20,000 nt of DNA. It comes from Paraglomus brasilianum. Its lineage: Eukaryota. The notes under the pieces were generated by a model. It searched no databases, had not been told where the DNA came from, and was given only the letters and a program-made list of their open reading frames with translations. This document shows positions 1-12,521 of this stretch, one piece after another. Both the position numbers and the translations under genes were made by a program. The DNA lies in contig CAJVPI010000040.1 of NCBI GenBank assembly GCA_910592345.1, positions 52,041 through 72,040 on the forward strand. The letters run 5' to 3'. How positions within the stretch are numbered: position 1 is the stretch's first letter; each line of letters begins with the position of its first letter.

Positions 1-391
1 CCGCCTTTTTGATTTTTCTAGACTCATATACCTTTACTTTACCCTGATTGCTAAATCTTTGTAATCTCTTATCCCATTTGTTCTGATCGTCGATAGGAGC
101 GAAATAATCAGGGATGGTGGTTTTATGCAACAGTGGGCTGAACGAATCATTCGTCTCTGTGTCTTCGTAGACAGGCGTGGTGAATCGATCGTGATGCATC
201 AGCTGTCGTTCAGGCGTTTTCGTAGAGTCGGTTGTCGTGCTCTTTCGTTGATGGAAGAAGTCGCACACGGATATTGGGTATCTAGGTTCCATTTCTTCAT
301 CTTCCAGTAAATCCATGGACATTTCTGCTTCTTTCTTCGCAATATCTTTCCAAAAAGCGTTTAATGACGCTTGATCACCGATGCCTGCCAT
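1..391 (-). CDS. 5' portion of a protein-coding gene of unknown function, truncated by the window edge
   Basis: Manual translation from ATG at 391: MAGIGDQASLNAFWKDIAKKEAEMSMDLLEDEEMEPRYPISVCDFFHQRK...WDKRLQRFSNQGKVKVYESRKIKKA. It is 130 codons with no stop before the edge and an in-frame TAA upstream of the ATG. It is absent from the ORF track, probably because it lacks a stop. Divergent from RML2. No family recognised. Confidence 0.65.
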   Translation of the reverse strand, partial: MAGIGDQASLNAFWKDIAKKEAEMSMDLLEDEEMEPRYPISVCDFFHQRKSTTTDSTKTPERQLMHHDRFTTPVYEDTETNDSFSPLLHKTTIPDYFAPIDDQNKWDKRLQRFSNQGKVKVYESRKIKKA

Positions 392-466
392 GAAGTTTGT
401 TTGCTGACGAACCAAGTCCTCGTTTAATAATGCCCAACTCCCGGATAGGAATATTAGATGTTTGAG

Positions 467-523
467 TAATAATAATAATAATAATAACAATAATGTTGTG
501 GTGGTCGTGGTCGTTGTTGTTGT
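467..523. repeat. (TAA)7 microsatellite followed by degenerate GTT/GTG/GTC triplets
   Basis: Directly visible; lies in the probable 5' UTR of the minus-strand ORF. Confidence 0.85.
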
Positions 524-911
524 TTATTGCTGTTTTGGTAATAAAGATTTGGCTGGATCAAGAGATCAGATGGACCAATCAATATTCTGGATGTTGTTGA
601 TCATCACCTGAATATCATGTGACTGTAGATGGAAGTTCGTTTCAAAGGATCATGTAAGCATGTCAATGTTATTGGCCTGCTACTACTTAACGTGACGCAT
701 GATCAAGGGACCATAACAACCGCGCAACATCCAAGAGTTCAATTTAACAATAATAATGCCATATAATTATGACGACAATATTCAAACATGCCCAACTAGT
801 CAAAGTAACAAAATTATGCTTACAAAAATTGAATTATTGCGACTCTTTAGTTGTTACACGAATTGTCCTATAAATTTTACCACAGGTGTGTTACATAAAC
901 CGCCTTGAAAA

Positions 912-1967
912 ATGCTAACCTTCCGGCAGTTAGCAATTTCAATAATAAAACATCCTCTCAGGCCCATTATCGCTCTTAAAATACCTATCAACCCGACAAC
1001 ACCTTTTTTCAATCATTCCCTCTTTCGCAATCCCTCTTCCATAACTCGCACTTCGCCGCTTGTGCTGAACCGTACGTATGCCACCGATACAAATAGACAA
1101 TTCAAAACGTATAAACCACGTACACCCGGTCTTCGTTGGCTGCGTCGTCCGATCAATGATCATTTATGGAAAGGCAAGCCAGTTCGGAAACTAACTTTAC
1201 CCAAACGCTCGAGTGGTGGACGTAACCATCACGGACGTATCACAGTGAGACATCGTGGAGGCGGCCACAAACGTAGAATTAGGGTCATAGACTTTAATAG
1301 ATGGGAGAGCGGTGCACATGAAGTACTCAGAATAGAATACGATCCTAATAGATCAGCGCATTTGGCATTACTGAGGCATAAAGAATCAAATAACTTAAGT
1401 TACATCCTTGCACCATTTGGTCTTAGAGAAGGCCATGTGGTGCATTCATTTCGCTCGCAGCAAACTCTTGAACGAGAGGGTGAAGATCCATCTATAACTA
1501 AACTGGCAGCCCTGGAGAGTGGTAACTGTCTTCCTCTTCGTATGATACCCCAAGGAACTACGATCCATTGTATTTCTCTTCGACCTGATGGGCCGGGCAT
1601 TCTATGTCGGTCGGCTGGTACATCGGCACAGATAATTCACACGGGGTCGAAGGGATATTCACAAGTACGCTTGAATTCTGGTGAAGTGCGATTAATCCAT
1701 GTTGACTGTTGTGCTACTATTGGGACAGTGTCTAATCCCGATCACCAACACAGAATGTTGGGTAAGGCAGGACGTAGTAGATGGTTGGGTATTAGACCGA
1801 CAGTAAGAGGTGTGGCTATGAATTCTGTTGATCATCCGCATGGAGGTGGTAGAGGAAAGAGCAAAGGTAATAGACACCCTGTCAGCCCATGGGGTGTTTT
1901 GGCTAAGGGAGGAAAGACGAGGAAGAAGCCTAATCCATGGGTAGTTAAGCCAAGGAAAAGGAGATGA
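912..1967 (+). CDS. RML2: Mitochondrial large-subunit ribosomal protein uL2m (nuclear-encoded, single exon, 351 aa)
   Basis: uL2 motifs [63 protein letters not shown]. The ~57-aa N-terminal extension is rich in R/S/L/P and lacks acidic residues, like a mitochondrial presequence (…LNRTYA). Confidence 0.96.
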   Translation: MLTFRQLAISIIKHPLRPIIALKIPINPTTPFFNHSLFRNPSSITRTSPLVLNRTYATDTNRQFKTYKPRTPGLRWLRRPINDHLWKGKPVRKLTLPKRSSGGRNHHGRITVRHRGGGHKRRIRVIDFNRWESGAHEVLRIEYDPNRSAHLALLRHKESNNLSYILAPFGLREGHVVHSFRSQQTLEREGEDPSITKLAALESGNCLPLRMIPQGTTIHCISLRPDGPGILCRSAGTSAQIIHTGSKGYSQVRLNSGEVRLIHVDCCATIGTVSNPDHQHRMLGKAGRSRWLGIRPTVRGVAMNSVDHPHGGGRGKSKGNRHPVSPWGVLAKGGKTRKKPNPWVVKPRKRR

Positions 1968-3844
1968 AGAACAGGTAGAAGGCTAAATCCGACTGGATTA
2001 TATTGCTGCAATTTTGTAAAAATGAAAGGTTTAAATATAGAAAGTGTGTAATGAGAAGAATCTGTTTGATTATAAAGATTTGACAACGCTTTATGTGAGC
2101 ATGTCAGAAACTTTGTATATACAATCAATAATAAATCTTCTAAACAACGTTGGGTAATATTCAAATCGGTAGATTCCTACTTTCACACATTCACGATAAG
2201 AACCACAATCTCCCGGCCTTTTGTTTCAATCGGATCACCATCCCACGCGTTTGGGTATCTCACTGGGAAATAAATTCATGCCAGCTCCCTCAATTTCACT
2301 AACGAATCATGCGAATGCTGTTTTCCCTTTGAAAAGTACGGTAATATTAAAGTGAAAGCCAATAGTATACGTCAAGGGGCTCAACGCAGACTCGATCACA
2401 TTCTATTTACAAGATGGAGATAATGTTCGCAATTAGAGATTGACAACTTATTTAGTCAGCTTGCGCAACCCTATCAGAACGCGTAATTTTGCACTCACCA
2501 TGTGATTTTGCGAGGGCGAACAGTAACTTAATATCGTATACACCAAGTATTCCTTTTGTACTGGGTGAATGGATACTACACAGCAAAACTGGTTTATTTT
2601 TGGATCACCTGTCTGCAAGGTTGTTGTTATTCGATGAGACAGAATTTTATACCGCATTTAGCATAACGAGCAAATTTATTAATTCGCAGACATTAATTCA
2701 CGTCCTTTACATACATATAAATATTGCGAGGAACTTTATTCACAGCAAGATGCTCGCTAAAGCTGTTTTTATCTATATATTACATGTGCTTAACTGTGAA
2801 TCTATTACATCATCAGAAGTTCCATTCAAATAGTTTTTAATATTAGTTAAGTTGAGATGTTCTTAATAATAATAGATTTGTTCAATGCCAATCGTTTTAT
2901 AATAATATATTAAAACTACGATCACGCAGATCAACTAAATTATCGTCTACTATTATTAAAATAAACCTTTACTAGAGCCCAAGAACAAATATAAAGAATC
3001 CCTTAAAAAGACGCATCGAACTTTTTACAGTTAATACGCTCTTCGACTAAGGATTATTGTTCTAATAATAGTCTATTCTTGTGCTGACGGGAGGATCTAT
3101 TGCTTGGGACTTAATTGAGTCGGATAAGCAAGCTTACAAAAGCTGGGGTAGCATCTAACTGTAGACTAAGCATATGCTGGAGCATAAGGCCAGACAGGAA
3201 AGACGTAATATTACAGTATTATATGTAAAAAATAAAACCTCTTTGCTTGACTAGAGCAAAAACAACGTTTATTCTTGTGATTTGTAGTCTATATGACAGC
3301 ACGATGGTATGAATGGAGACCTTGTTTTCATTAAGTTTGGACTATTTGCGAGTTTTGTTTTTTATTTAAAGAGTTCGAATATAAATTGCGAAAAATCAAG
3401 TAATGCTTTCAGGCAAATTCACGATAATCGATACATGTATTTTGTCATACATTTTTACTACTCTTTACAAACAACATACGGTTCCATTTGCATATTCACT
3501 AGAGCGATTGCATAGGAGGAAATACTCGGACCCAAAGCCATTGATGAGTACCCCTATACTTTGGTCGTTCTAGGCTATATATCATTATTATTATTACTAT
3601 TAACACCATCATTTTCCTTCTCCTTTTCTTTATCTTGTACTGCTTCGACAGTCATTTCCCGTGGATTAGTTTTTCGCAGGTAAAAGTTTTTTAGAGTATA
3701 AGTTTAATTATAATTATGGATTTTCTTATGCATTTCACACAATTTATTTATATTGACTACCATTTTTATAGAATCTTAACTCTATCAAATTACGAGTTTG
3801 CAAATGAGACCTTTATGATCATAGCTACAATTTGCCAACTATTA

Positions 3845-5463
3845 CTATTGCCTTATAAGACCTTTTGTTTCTTTAGCTGGATAAATTTTAGCTAACTCTT
3901 GAATTTTGCTTTTTAACTTGGACTTGTCATTGTATTTAAAAAAATAAACCTTATTTTGTGCCTTAATGTACCCTTGTTCAGCAGCTTTTTCATATAATTC
4001 AATAGCTTTCTGTTCATCTTGTTCTACTCCAACTCCCTCCTCATAACACCAACCAAGATTATATTGGCCATATGCATGTCTTTGTTCAGCTGCTTTTTGA
4101 AACAATTCAATGGCTTTTTGAATATCTCTTTCTACCCCAATTCCATTTTTGTAACATAAACCAAGGCTAGTGTATGCAGTAACATTTTCTTGCTTGACTG
4201 CCTCTTGATACAGTTCCACTGCTTTTTGAACATTCTTATCCACACCAAGTCCTTTTTCATAACACCAACCAAGGTTATCCTGTGCATTAGAATTTCCTTG
4301 CATAGCTGCTTTTTGATACAATTCAAAAGCCTTTTGATAATCTGTTTCTATGATAATACTTTTTCTGTATAAATAACCAAGCTTAAACTGTGCATCAGCA
4401 TCACCTTGTTCAGATGCTTTTTGATACCATTCAACTGCCTTTTGATCATCTTTTCTCACTCCAGTTCCATTGTCATAATGCCAACCAAGATTATATTGTG
4501 CATCAGCAAGTCCTTGTTCAGCTGCTTTTTGATACCATTTACTTGCCTTTTGTCCATCTTTTTCTACACCAATTCCATTGTTATAACAATAACCAAGATT
4601 ATGTTGTGCTTGAGCATATCCTTGTTCAGCTGCTTTTTGATACCATTCAACTGCCTTGTGTTCATCTTTTTCTACTCCAGTTCCACTCTCATAACACCAA
4701 CCAAGATTAAATTGTGCATCAGCAAGTCCTTGTTCAGCTGCTTTTTGGTACCATTCAACTGCCTTTTGATCATCTTTTTCTACTCCGGTTCCAAGTCTAT
4801 AATGCCAACCAAGATTATGTTGTGCTTGAGCATATCCTTGTTCAGCTGCTTTTTGATACCATTCAACTGCCTTTTGATCATCTTTTTCTACTCCAGTTCC
4901 ATTTTCATAACATAAAGCAAGATTAAATTGTGCAATGGCAACTCCTTGTTCAGCTGATTTTGTATACCATTCAACTGCTTTCTGTTCATCTTTTTCTACT
5001 CCGGTTCCAAGTCTATAATGCCAACCAAGATTATGTTGTGCTTGAGCATATCTTGTTCAGCTGCTTTTTGATACCATTCAACTGCCTTTTGTTCATCTTT
5101 TCTCATTCCAGTTCCATTGTCATAACAATAACCAATACTACATTGAGCATTAGCATATCCTTGTTTAGCTGCTTTTTGATACCATTCAACTGCCTTTTGT
5201 TTATCTTTTTCTACTCCAATTCCATGCTCATAACACAAACCAAGATTATTTTGTGCTTGAGCATATCCTTGTTCAGCTGCTTTTTTATACCATTCAACTG
5301 CCTTCTGTTCATTTTTTCTCACTCCAGTTCCACTCTCATAACACCAACCAAGATTAAATTGTGCATCAGCAAGTCCTTGTTCAGCTGCTTTTTGATATGA
5401 TCTGAAATGAACTCCATCTAGAACCAAATTTTCTGGTTCATCCTCAAAAATGGTAGAAGCCAT
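3845..5463 (-). CDS. Sel1-like repeat protein, 13 x 36-aa repeats, ~539 aa if a single 1-bp deletion at ~5052 is corrected (frameshifted allele/pseudogene or sequencing error)
   Basis: Consensus xAxAQxNLGxxYxxGxGVxKDxQKAVEWYQKAAEQG. Manual translation shows an open frame from 5050 to the stop at 3845, joining the two ORF-track pieces. The site reads GAGCATATCTTG, whereas sister repeats read GAGCATATCCTTG. Confidence 0.9.
3971..5373 (-). repeat. Tandem array of 13 x 108-bp Sel1-coding units
   Basis: Span is 1403 bp = 13x108 - 1, matching the 1-bp deletion. Units 1-9 are very similar at DNA level; units 10-13 are more diverged. Confidence 0.92.
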
Positions 5464-8217
5464 GTTAATTATATTTGTCTTCTCTAGAAATTTTGATTAA
5501 TTAAGTGGTGGCACGTCGTTTATGGATACACGTTCAAGCCCAATGATTTATGATAATAATAATATCAACGAATAATCGCTTGCGTAATCTCTTTTTTATT
5601 TTGTGAACCGCTCTTGTACAACGTTCATTGTTAATAAACGATTCAGCATATCAGGTCATTCATAACAAAGGCAATACCCTTATCACTAACAACTTTAAGA
5701 TTTTGAATGCAATTTTAATTTGAGGAAAATGGTAGCAGGGCCTTTTTTGGGGCTTCAGGATCAGTTTTGAAACATCTTTGCGTAGGCTCATAGTTTGGAC
5801 ATACTCCCATTTAGGACGGCAACTTAAGCTTTCCCTGTTGAGAATAAATTTTGGTGTGCTAAGTAGCGTGAGGCCTTGTGTCTGGTAAACTGTTAAAATA
5901 AAAAGAGGTTTGCAATGGAAATTGTCGTTTGCCTATTATCTACTTGTGAATAATAACAGCCATTACATATGCTATATTACATAAACGATTGGATAAACAT
6001 TACTCGTGCGCCTTATTGTAATCTAACTATAGGCCACGATTTATTATAAGCAGATGGCATGTTATGTTCCTTTATTCTTGATGTTCTAATTATAATAACC
6101 AATAATACATGAGCTGATCACAACAGCTAGTATTAGCCTATCGATAAGATAAACCGAAGACTCTCGTTAACTATTATTATTAAATATTAATATCGATAAC
6201 CCCTTCACATTGATCTGTATTGCTAATTATTACCAATTCCCATTTATAGTCAGCAAAGGCAAAAACCAAATTTCGAGATGCATTAGCTGGTACGACACTT
6301 GTATAGCAATTGTTCTAGCCATGCATAGTAATAATTAGTTAACGATGTAGTATATTTTTATACTGTTGCAACTTGTAATAATAGTATCATGACACTATAC
6401 CTCAGCTAGTGTCTGCGATAGGGTTTACCAGCGCACATACATTTATATTTCTCTCGATTGGCCCACAAGGAGCGTTCATTATGCTTAGCTTATTAGCATA
6501 TATTTACCTTGCTCATACGGAAAGAATGTTACACTTATAAAATGGAGAAAACATAGATTTTAATAGCTTATGTTTGTAGTTAATCCTTCCTTCTGACAAA
6601 CTATTTAAAAACCCTTGCTTTACGCGGGTGGGAGGACCAGAACACGCTCCCCTGACTGGATTAATGAATGCTTTGTCATATCAGTTATCAATTTTAGGAT
6701 TAAAGGTTATATCCATAATTATTCTCCGTTTCGTTAATCTGATCGATCGTATTATTAACTTGATCCAACTTACTCGCGTGACATCCGAACATAAAGAGAA
6801 ATTTATTTATTTTGATGACAGTAATCAATTTCCGGGGTACTTTGGCCTCTTTCTAACGCATTGTGCTTGTGTTGTCATGTCGTCGTGCCATTTTGATATT
6901 ATTTTATTTCGCGTCCTTATTCGTCGTGCATTCGGTGACTGTTGCGGAGGAAATTAATTCGCTGCATCGTATACGTGTTTTTATAGCAGGAAGCCAAAAT
7001 TAATAAGCGTCAATCTGAAATATTGTCCTAATCTGAGTTTTTCCCCCGTGGTTTGACCAACATAATACTGACATAAAGGTGTGGAGATACGTACAGCGAA
7101 TTAAAAATTTAGACTCAAGTCTTGATAAAAGCTCAACATAAACAACGTGCGTAAGAAATAATTTGTGAAAGTAATTTAGTCCTAGTTGTTATTTAATGTT
7201 TTCAGTCGACTTGGTATTGTACAAAACTCTTTAAGAAAGTTGCATTTTACTTCAAGCATTTAATCATATTTAATATAAGCAAGCGAGGAAATGGCTAATA
7301 AATTTAACGTTGTTCATATGTAGTATCGGTTAGCCTCTCTAATTTCATGACGAAAATAATAAAACGCCAGCAATTCCAATTACCTCTTGAAAGCTTTGGT
7401 AACAACTGTATGACTTCGTTCTTCAGAGGCAACTACAATAAGTGATTAAGCGACTGAAATATAACAAATAATATTCGTATCATAAAGTGTATAATAATCA
7501 TACGAGCAGACAAAGATTTGTATTAATAAACTGAAATGGCATATTAAAATTATAGCTGCTAGTATTTTCTTCGCATAAGAAAACTTGGGTGAGGTTTCTT
7601 AGTGTCGATTATACAGACAAAGAGTGTAGAAACTGATCCCCACAAAATATCAGAATATTACCAACAAATCCAATAAAACTGTATACAAAAACAACACAAA
7701 CTTTGCTGATTCTATTTCGCGAATAATATTACATACTTCGTGGGTTGTGGAGAACAAAGAAAGTTTCTGACTGGCTGACATTTCTTTTTTCCAGAAATAA
7801 AACGATAATTTGTAGTTTGTTATTATGACGTCACCATCTTAAACGTAAGCTTTTGTCCAAGCTGACGTAGTCACCCATTTAGCATTTTTAAATTCGCAAG
7901 ACAACCAGTACGCTTTCTTTTCATAGTAGTAAAACAAAGCAAGAGTTATATTGTATAGTGCAGCCGTCCTGGGAGCGGTTCAGAATACCCACATTTATAT
8001 AAAAAACCGGTTAATCAAAAGAGTAAATGGTGAAAGATTAGCACCACCAACCCAAGATTGGAAAGGGTCCAAAAAAGAATTCTTTTATTACTTGATTTGA
8101 TCGATATAATATTTGGTGTGGTAAAATATTGGCCGCTTTTTTATCCATGTTATTTCCTGTGTCCGAATACGAGACTATATCCAAAACTTTTACAAAAATT
8201 GTCTTCTTAGCTATGTG

Positions 8218-9474
8218 TCAACCACCCTTTTCATAGTGTCCAAATAAGAAATCATATCCATCAAACTCATACAACATTTTATCTTTTCTAGTGTAACCAC
8301 CAACATCGCCCAAACATTCAACAACTGCTTTCTTATCTCGCCCATCTTCAACACTAACAAATAAGGTGACGCTAAACTTCCCAGGCCGAAATACGTCAAT
8401 AACATTACGAATAAGGTTAGACATGGATCCATGTGATGAATAAGGGATGTTAGTTTCAAAAGATGCGTATGAACAATTAGGTTCAGGAGTAACATGGATA
8501 GTAAAGTAACAGTTTCCAAGAAGTCCATTAGCCGAGTATCCACACGGATCAAACAGGCATGAATCTAACAGAGCGGACGAGTACAGCCGACCCAGGCCGG
8601 TCTGTTTGTTTATTCTTTCCCCTCCTAATGACATCGTTTCGCCATTAATACTGTAGAACGGCCTCATCGCATCTTCATCGAGGTCAGACATTAGGATCTC
8701 AATCGTCTGATCAGAAAAGTCACCAGATGAGCCAACGTCAACGTTAGAGATTAGAAAGTCATCTTGCGGCGATGTCATGTATAAATTCCAATGATCTCCA
8801 TTTATTTTTCCTACTACATATGCTGCACCTTGACCTAAATTTCAACATTTTTTTTGTAGATGTGAGGTTCGTTGACTGTCAGTAATACTTGTTCAACTGT
8901 TCAACAAGCTGATCCATACCAAATATTTTGTCCAAGAAAACAACTTCATCCTTCCAATCAGTGTGCGGATGTCGTTGCCTTTCAGGAAACATGAAACTTT
9001 TTCTCGAATAGAATGCTCGCCATATTCTTTTCAATTCACACATCTCGGATGCGATCTCGAGTAACTTGGGTATGGCAATTAAGAGTACAGTAGATCCGCA
9101 TGTCTTCAAAATGAGTTTATGTGGGTATACAAACATGGATGATTCACTACAATGGACAAAAACTGGGGGTCACTCCTTCTTGCGAACACAATGACAGTCA
9201 GTCTTTAATAATAAACTACACAATAAGCCGCCCACCTTAACAGATATGCATCAACGTCGTCACTGCTGACAACATTCAATATTTTACATTCCACCATTCC
9301 CAGCAGTTCATCCCAAACAGCCCTCTCAACTTTTCTTAATCCTTTCCGACCATTAACATCAGCCGGTAAAAAATCGGGTAAAGGTTCAAACCAGATTTCA
9401 AGTAATTTTTCGGGGCCTTCGAAGACCCTTTCCAATGATTCAGTGTCACTGAAGTGTTTTCCTGCTGTTATCAT
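8218..9474 (-). CDS. SPE2: S-adenosylmethionine decarboxylase proenzyme; exons 9474-9236, 9146-8920, 8834-8218 (360 aa)
   Basis: Motifs FEGPEKLLEIWF, spliced AYLLSESSMFV (pyruvoyl self-cleavage E|S), LILKTCG, FYSRKSFMFP, FDPCGYSANG, TIHVTPE..SYASFETN. GT-AG introns 9235-9147 (89 nt) and 8919-8835 (85 nt) keep frame; total 1083 nt. Confidence 0.95.
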
Positions 9475-9562
9475 CGAGTTGAATGTGAGTAAGAAAAAAG
9501 GATAAAGTTGGTGGTCAGTTGGGTGGTCAAAGTTATAGATTTGTACAGATGTAACATTTGCC

Positions 9563-9571
9563 TTTTATATA
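9563..9571 (-). promoter_or_regulatory. Putative TATA box (TATATAAAA) of SPE2
   Basis: Canonical TATA sequence ~90 nt upstream of the SPE2 ATG, followed by a pyrimidine-rich leader. Confidence 0.5.
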
Positions 9572-12521
9572 ATAACAATCACCTAACCAAGTTTTTCATA
9601 TGCGCCCGGAAAAGTTCTGCGCAAGGTAACAATTATAATGGTAGTTACGATAATTTCACCAAGGTGATAATCAAATAACACTATGTCAGATCATAGTTTC
9701 AATCTATTGTATCACTGCATCACTGTCTAGCCCAACTACACCTCTCGCAACGTTTGCTTGTTAAGTTCAGAAGTTATTATTAATTGATAAGACTTGGTGT
9801 TATGGATACATGTGTAACCGTAATAGTAAACATACCGTTAACAACTGTAGATCCTCTAACTGGTCTCACGTGGTATCAAAAAACAGCATACATTCATGAA
9901 CAGTTAATATTAAATGCTTTAAAATCTTGCAGAAACAATGAACCATTCTCAATGATGTTCATGTGATCTGTACTGCAAAAAATAGGAAATTTTATTTCTA
10001 AAAAACGAGCGTTTTGATATTGTGAAGAGAAATCGAGCCCGCCTTTTTTTGCAAAAACTGATAGACTACTGCAATAGTTAGTTAGCTAATCTGTAATGTC
10101 AAACAAATAAATGGCGAAGAAATTTATCAAGTCTTTATATTTGTTGTCTTTACTGCTAGATACGGTTATTGGTACCCAGGACTCGTTTTAGTGATTGGTA
10201 TGTTATGTACGAGAACCTATTATCATTATAATAATAATAAGTATTTGGATCACAAGCAGTGACTCAGTAATGGAGAACAGTCTGATACGAATGAAAGTCT
10301 TCGGAGCAGATTCCTACAATATACTTTTGAACTGGTATTATTTTTATCGAATTGTTAATTCAACTCTTATTGTATAGGCTCAGAAGCGCCACTGTTAGAG
10401 TTATTATTCTCATTATAGAATGGACATAATAGAATATTCTTTTCTATTATTAGCTCACATCTTCGTTTTATTGAATTCATTGTGGTAATCAAATACCATA
10501 CGTTTCCACTATCGCATACATACTTGGACGATTGAAAGTTACTTTATTAATTCGTTACCATACTGTAGCAAACTAATTTTCAGTCCTCTAAATGAACAAA
10601 ATAACGGTTTGCACTGTCTCCGAAAAACGTCCCGTTCTTTATTCATAACTTGATTCAACTTGTCCATGTTATGTGCCTGTTTTCTTCTTCAAGATTAACC
10701 ACTTTTTTTGACCGCAACGTTTAACCAAGTAAGTAAGTAATCTGAATGGCGCATAACTTCTACTTTTAGGCTTTTTTTATATGGGTACGTCCTTGTTAAC
10801 TCTAGTCTAAATATTTATTTATCATTTATTACAATTTGCTCTGTTGCACGCTCTTGATGAAAACTTTCATAATACTAAATCACTAAGGAGTAACCATCCA
10901 ACACGCCGTATATGGTATTGCTGATTCAGTTAAAATGCAGTTTTGGTAACTATAAACAAAAAACTATCTTAATGAATGATTGTTCAGACTGAAATATATC
11001 TCTTAATCTCGGTATTTCGCATACCGGGGTGTTGCTTATTATACGCGCCCGTTGACGTGCAAACGTTAAAATCGAATGTTGTCACGTGATCGACTTCTTA
11101 TTGCATTTCTGCAAAATACTTCTATAGTCAACATGCGGTGAAAGTTTGGTTTACCAGCAGAAGGGAATGCTATCTAGTTTTCTTATATCAGCCGGCATGT
11201 ATTTCTGTGTCTAAAGGTCATCATCAATGCTACGACGTAACATTGAAAACCAGAAAACATCTTTATTGATTAAAACTATTGAATATTTCACGTGATTTAC
11301 CTCGGTATCGGTATAATGCAGACAAGAAAGCACTTATTGAAACGCGAAAGAAAAACACGACAATTTATCATTCCATCGATGAAAAAAAAAACGGGAATTA
11401 AGTTTTAATACCATTTCCATTCTCTCTGTTGCTCATACTCAACCGGTTGGTTAGGAAATAATTACTTTATTTGGGTTTATTGCGGTGATTAACGTTAACA
11501 AAAAGTTTAATAAATATTGTCATTAACATTTAAAAAGATTCGCAATTGGTTTTTACCAGTTTAAAATAGAAGCCTTCCCCAAGAATCCGTTGATGAAGAA
11601 AAAGATGTAGCAGAAGTCCCGGTGCTCCTCTACTAGAAAGTATCACTGAAAAAGCTTCGGTTGAATAATATTTCTCGTATTTACCTCTCTAAACATACAA
11701 TCGAATGGCAGTTGCGAAAACGCTATACAGTTCCTTATAACACAATTATGTAATGGGTTTCACTCGATGTTGGAGAAGAAGCTAAGAAAATAAAAAGATA
11801 GATAGGTGCATCAGCACGGGACGTTAAATCGGGAAAAAACCAAGTCGATTCTTTAAATTAAGTTAGTCCAGAAAGTCGTTCGACGGTTTAACTGTATTAA
11901 TAGAGACAATAATAATTGTAACCCGTGTGACACTCGATACTAATACGTCGACCATCACAGCGTCGATAGTAATAGTGAATCAATATAGCGCCATAGTTAC
12001 AATAGTCACACCATACTCTAGTACGTCATGGCTATATACTATTAATATGTTGGAGTTTTTAGCAGAGTGGACAAAATGTCGTGTTTCACCAACAACAATA
12101 GTAATAGTATCAATTGTATAAAATATTCGATTAGCGTTCGGACGCTACTTTGGGCTATTCACGGAAATAGTCACGGATTCTAACCATGCAGACGTCGACG
12201 TCATTTGACACTTTAAGTAATTTATTATCACCCGGAGACAACAAAATAACAAAGCAGAACCCCCTAAAAATTTTTCTCTCGCCATATAGATCGAACAGAC
12301 CAACACTTTTGTTTTAGTCATATTGGCCTATATTTTTCAGACGTTCCTTTACTTATTTAGCTTTACACTCATCAGGTTCGTCTCTTTTCTGCAGGTGGGT
12401 GTTCTGGGTTCATGTTTGCCTCGGACTCTGACAGTGTTGTATACTTAAACGAACGCTACTGCGTTGCATCAGTTCTTCTTACTAGTCACCCTACAGAAGC
12501 AACTGTAACTTACTCTGAAAG

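Noticed and set aside
939..2164. Minus-strand ORFs overlapping RML2
   Set aside because: Antisense to a highly conserved gene; no recognisable motifs.
2190..2400. Possible RNase MRP or U6atac-like RNA (GGGGCTCA / CCCCTTGAC words)
   Set aside because: The required partner motifs (GAAAGTCCCC for MRP, AAGGAGA box for U6atac) are absent.
2448..3515. Short ORFs of 68-114 aa between RML2 and the Sel1 gene
   Set aside because: AT-rich, non-protein-like composition, some with non-ATG starts, no motifs or consistent splice structure.
3971..5373. CRISPR-like regular repeat spacing
   Set aside because: Units are contiguous in-frame protein repeats in a eukaryotic gene, with no unique spacers or cas genes.
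4132..5400. Several plus-strand and alternate-frame ORFs of 60-169 aa over the Sel1 array
   Set aside because: Antisense or shifted shadows of the 108-bp repeat; no independent protein features.
5464..6990. Possible spliced upstream exons of the Sel1 gene (minus-strand TATAAAA near 6980, GTAAGT donor near 6773, acceptors near 5835 and 5484)
   Set aside because: I could not assemble an in-frame coding extension; at most a spliced 5' UTR, which needs RNA data.
8211..8552. 113-aa alternate-frame ORF within SPE2 exon 3
   Set aside because: Frame shadow of the conserved SAMDC coding sequence.
11585..11655. C/D-box-like pair (TTGATGA ... CTGA)
   Set aside because: Imperfect C box, no convincing terminal stem and no rRNA-complementary guide that I could recognise.
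11570..12121. Coding-like low-complexity fragments upstream of HRP1
   Set aside because: Frequent stops and no recognisable homology; cannot support a pseudogene call.
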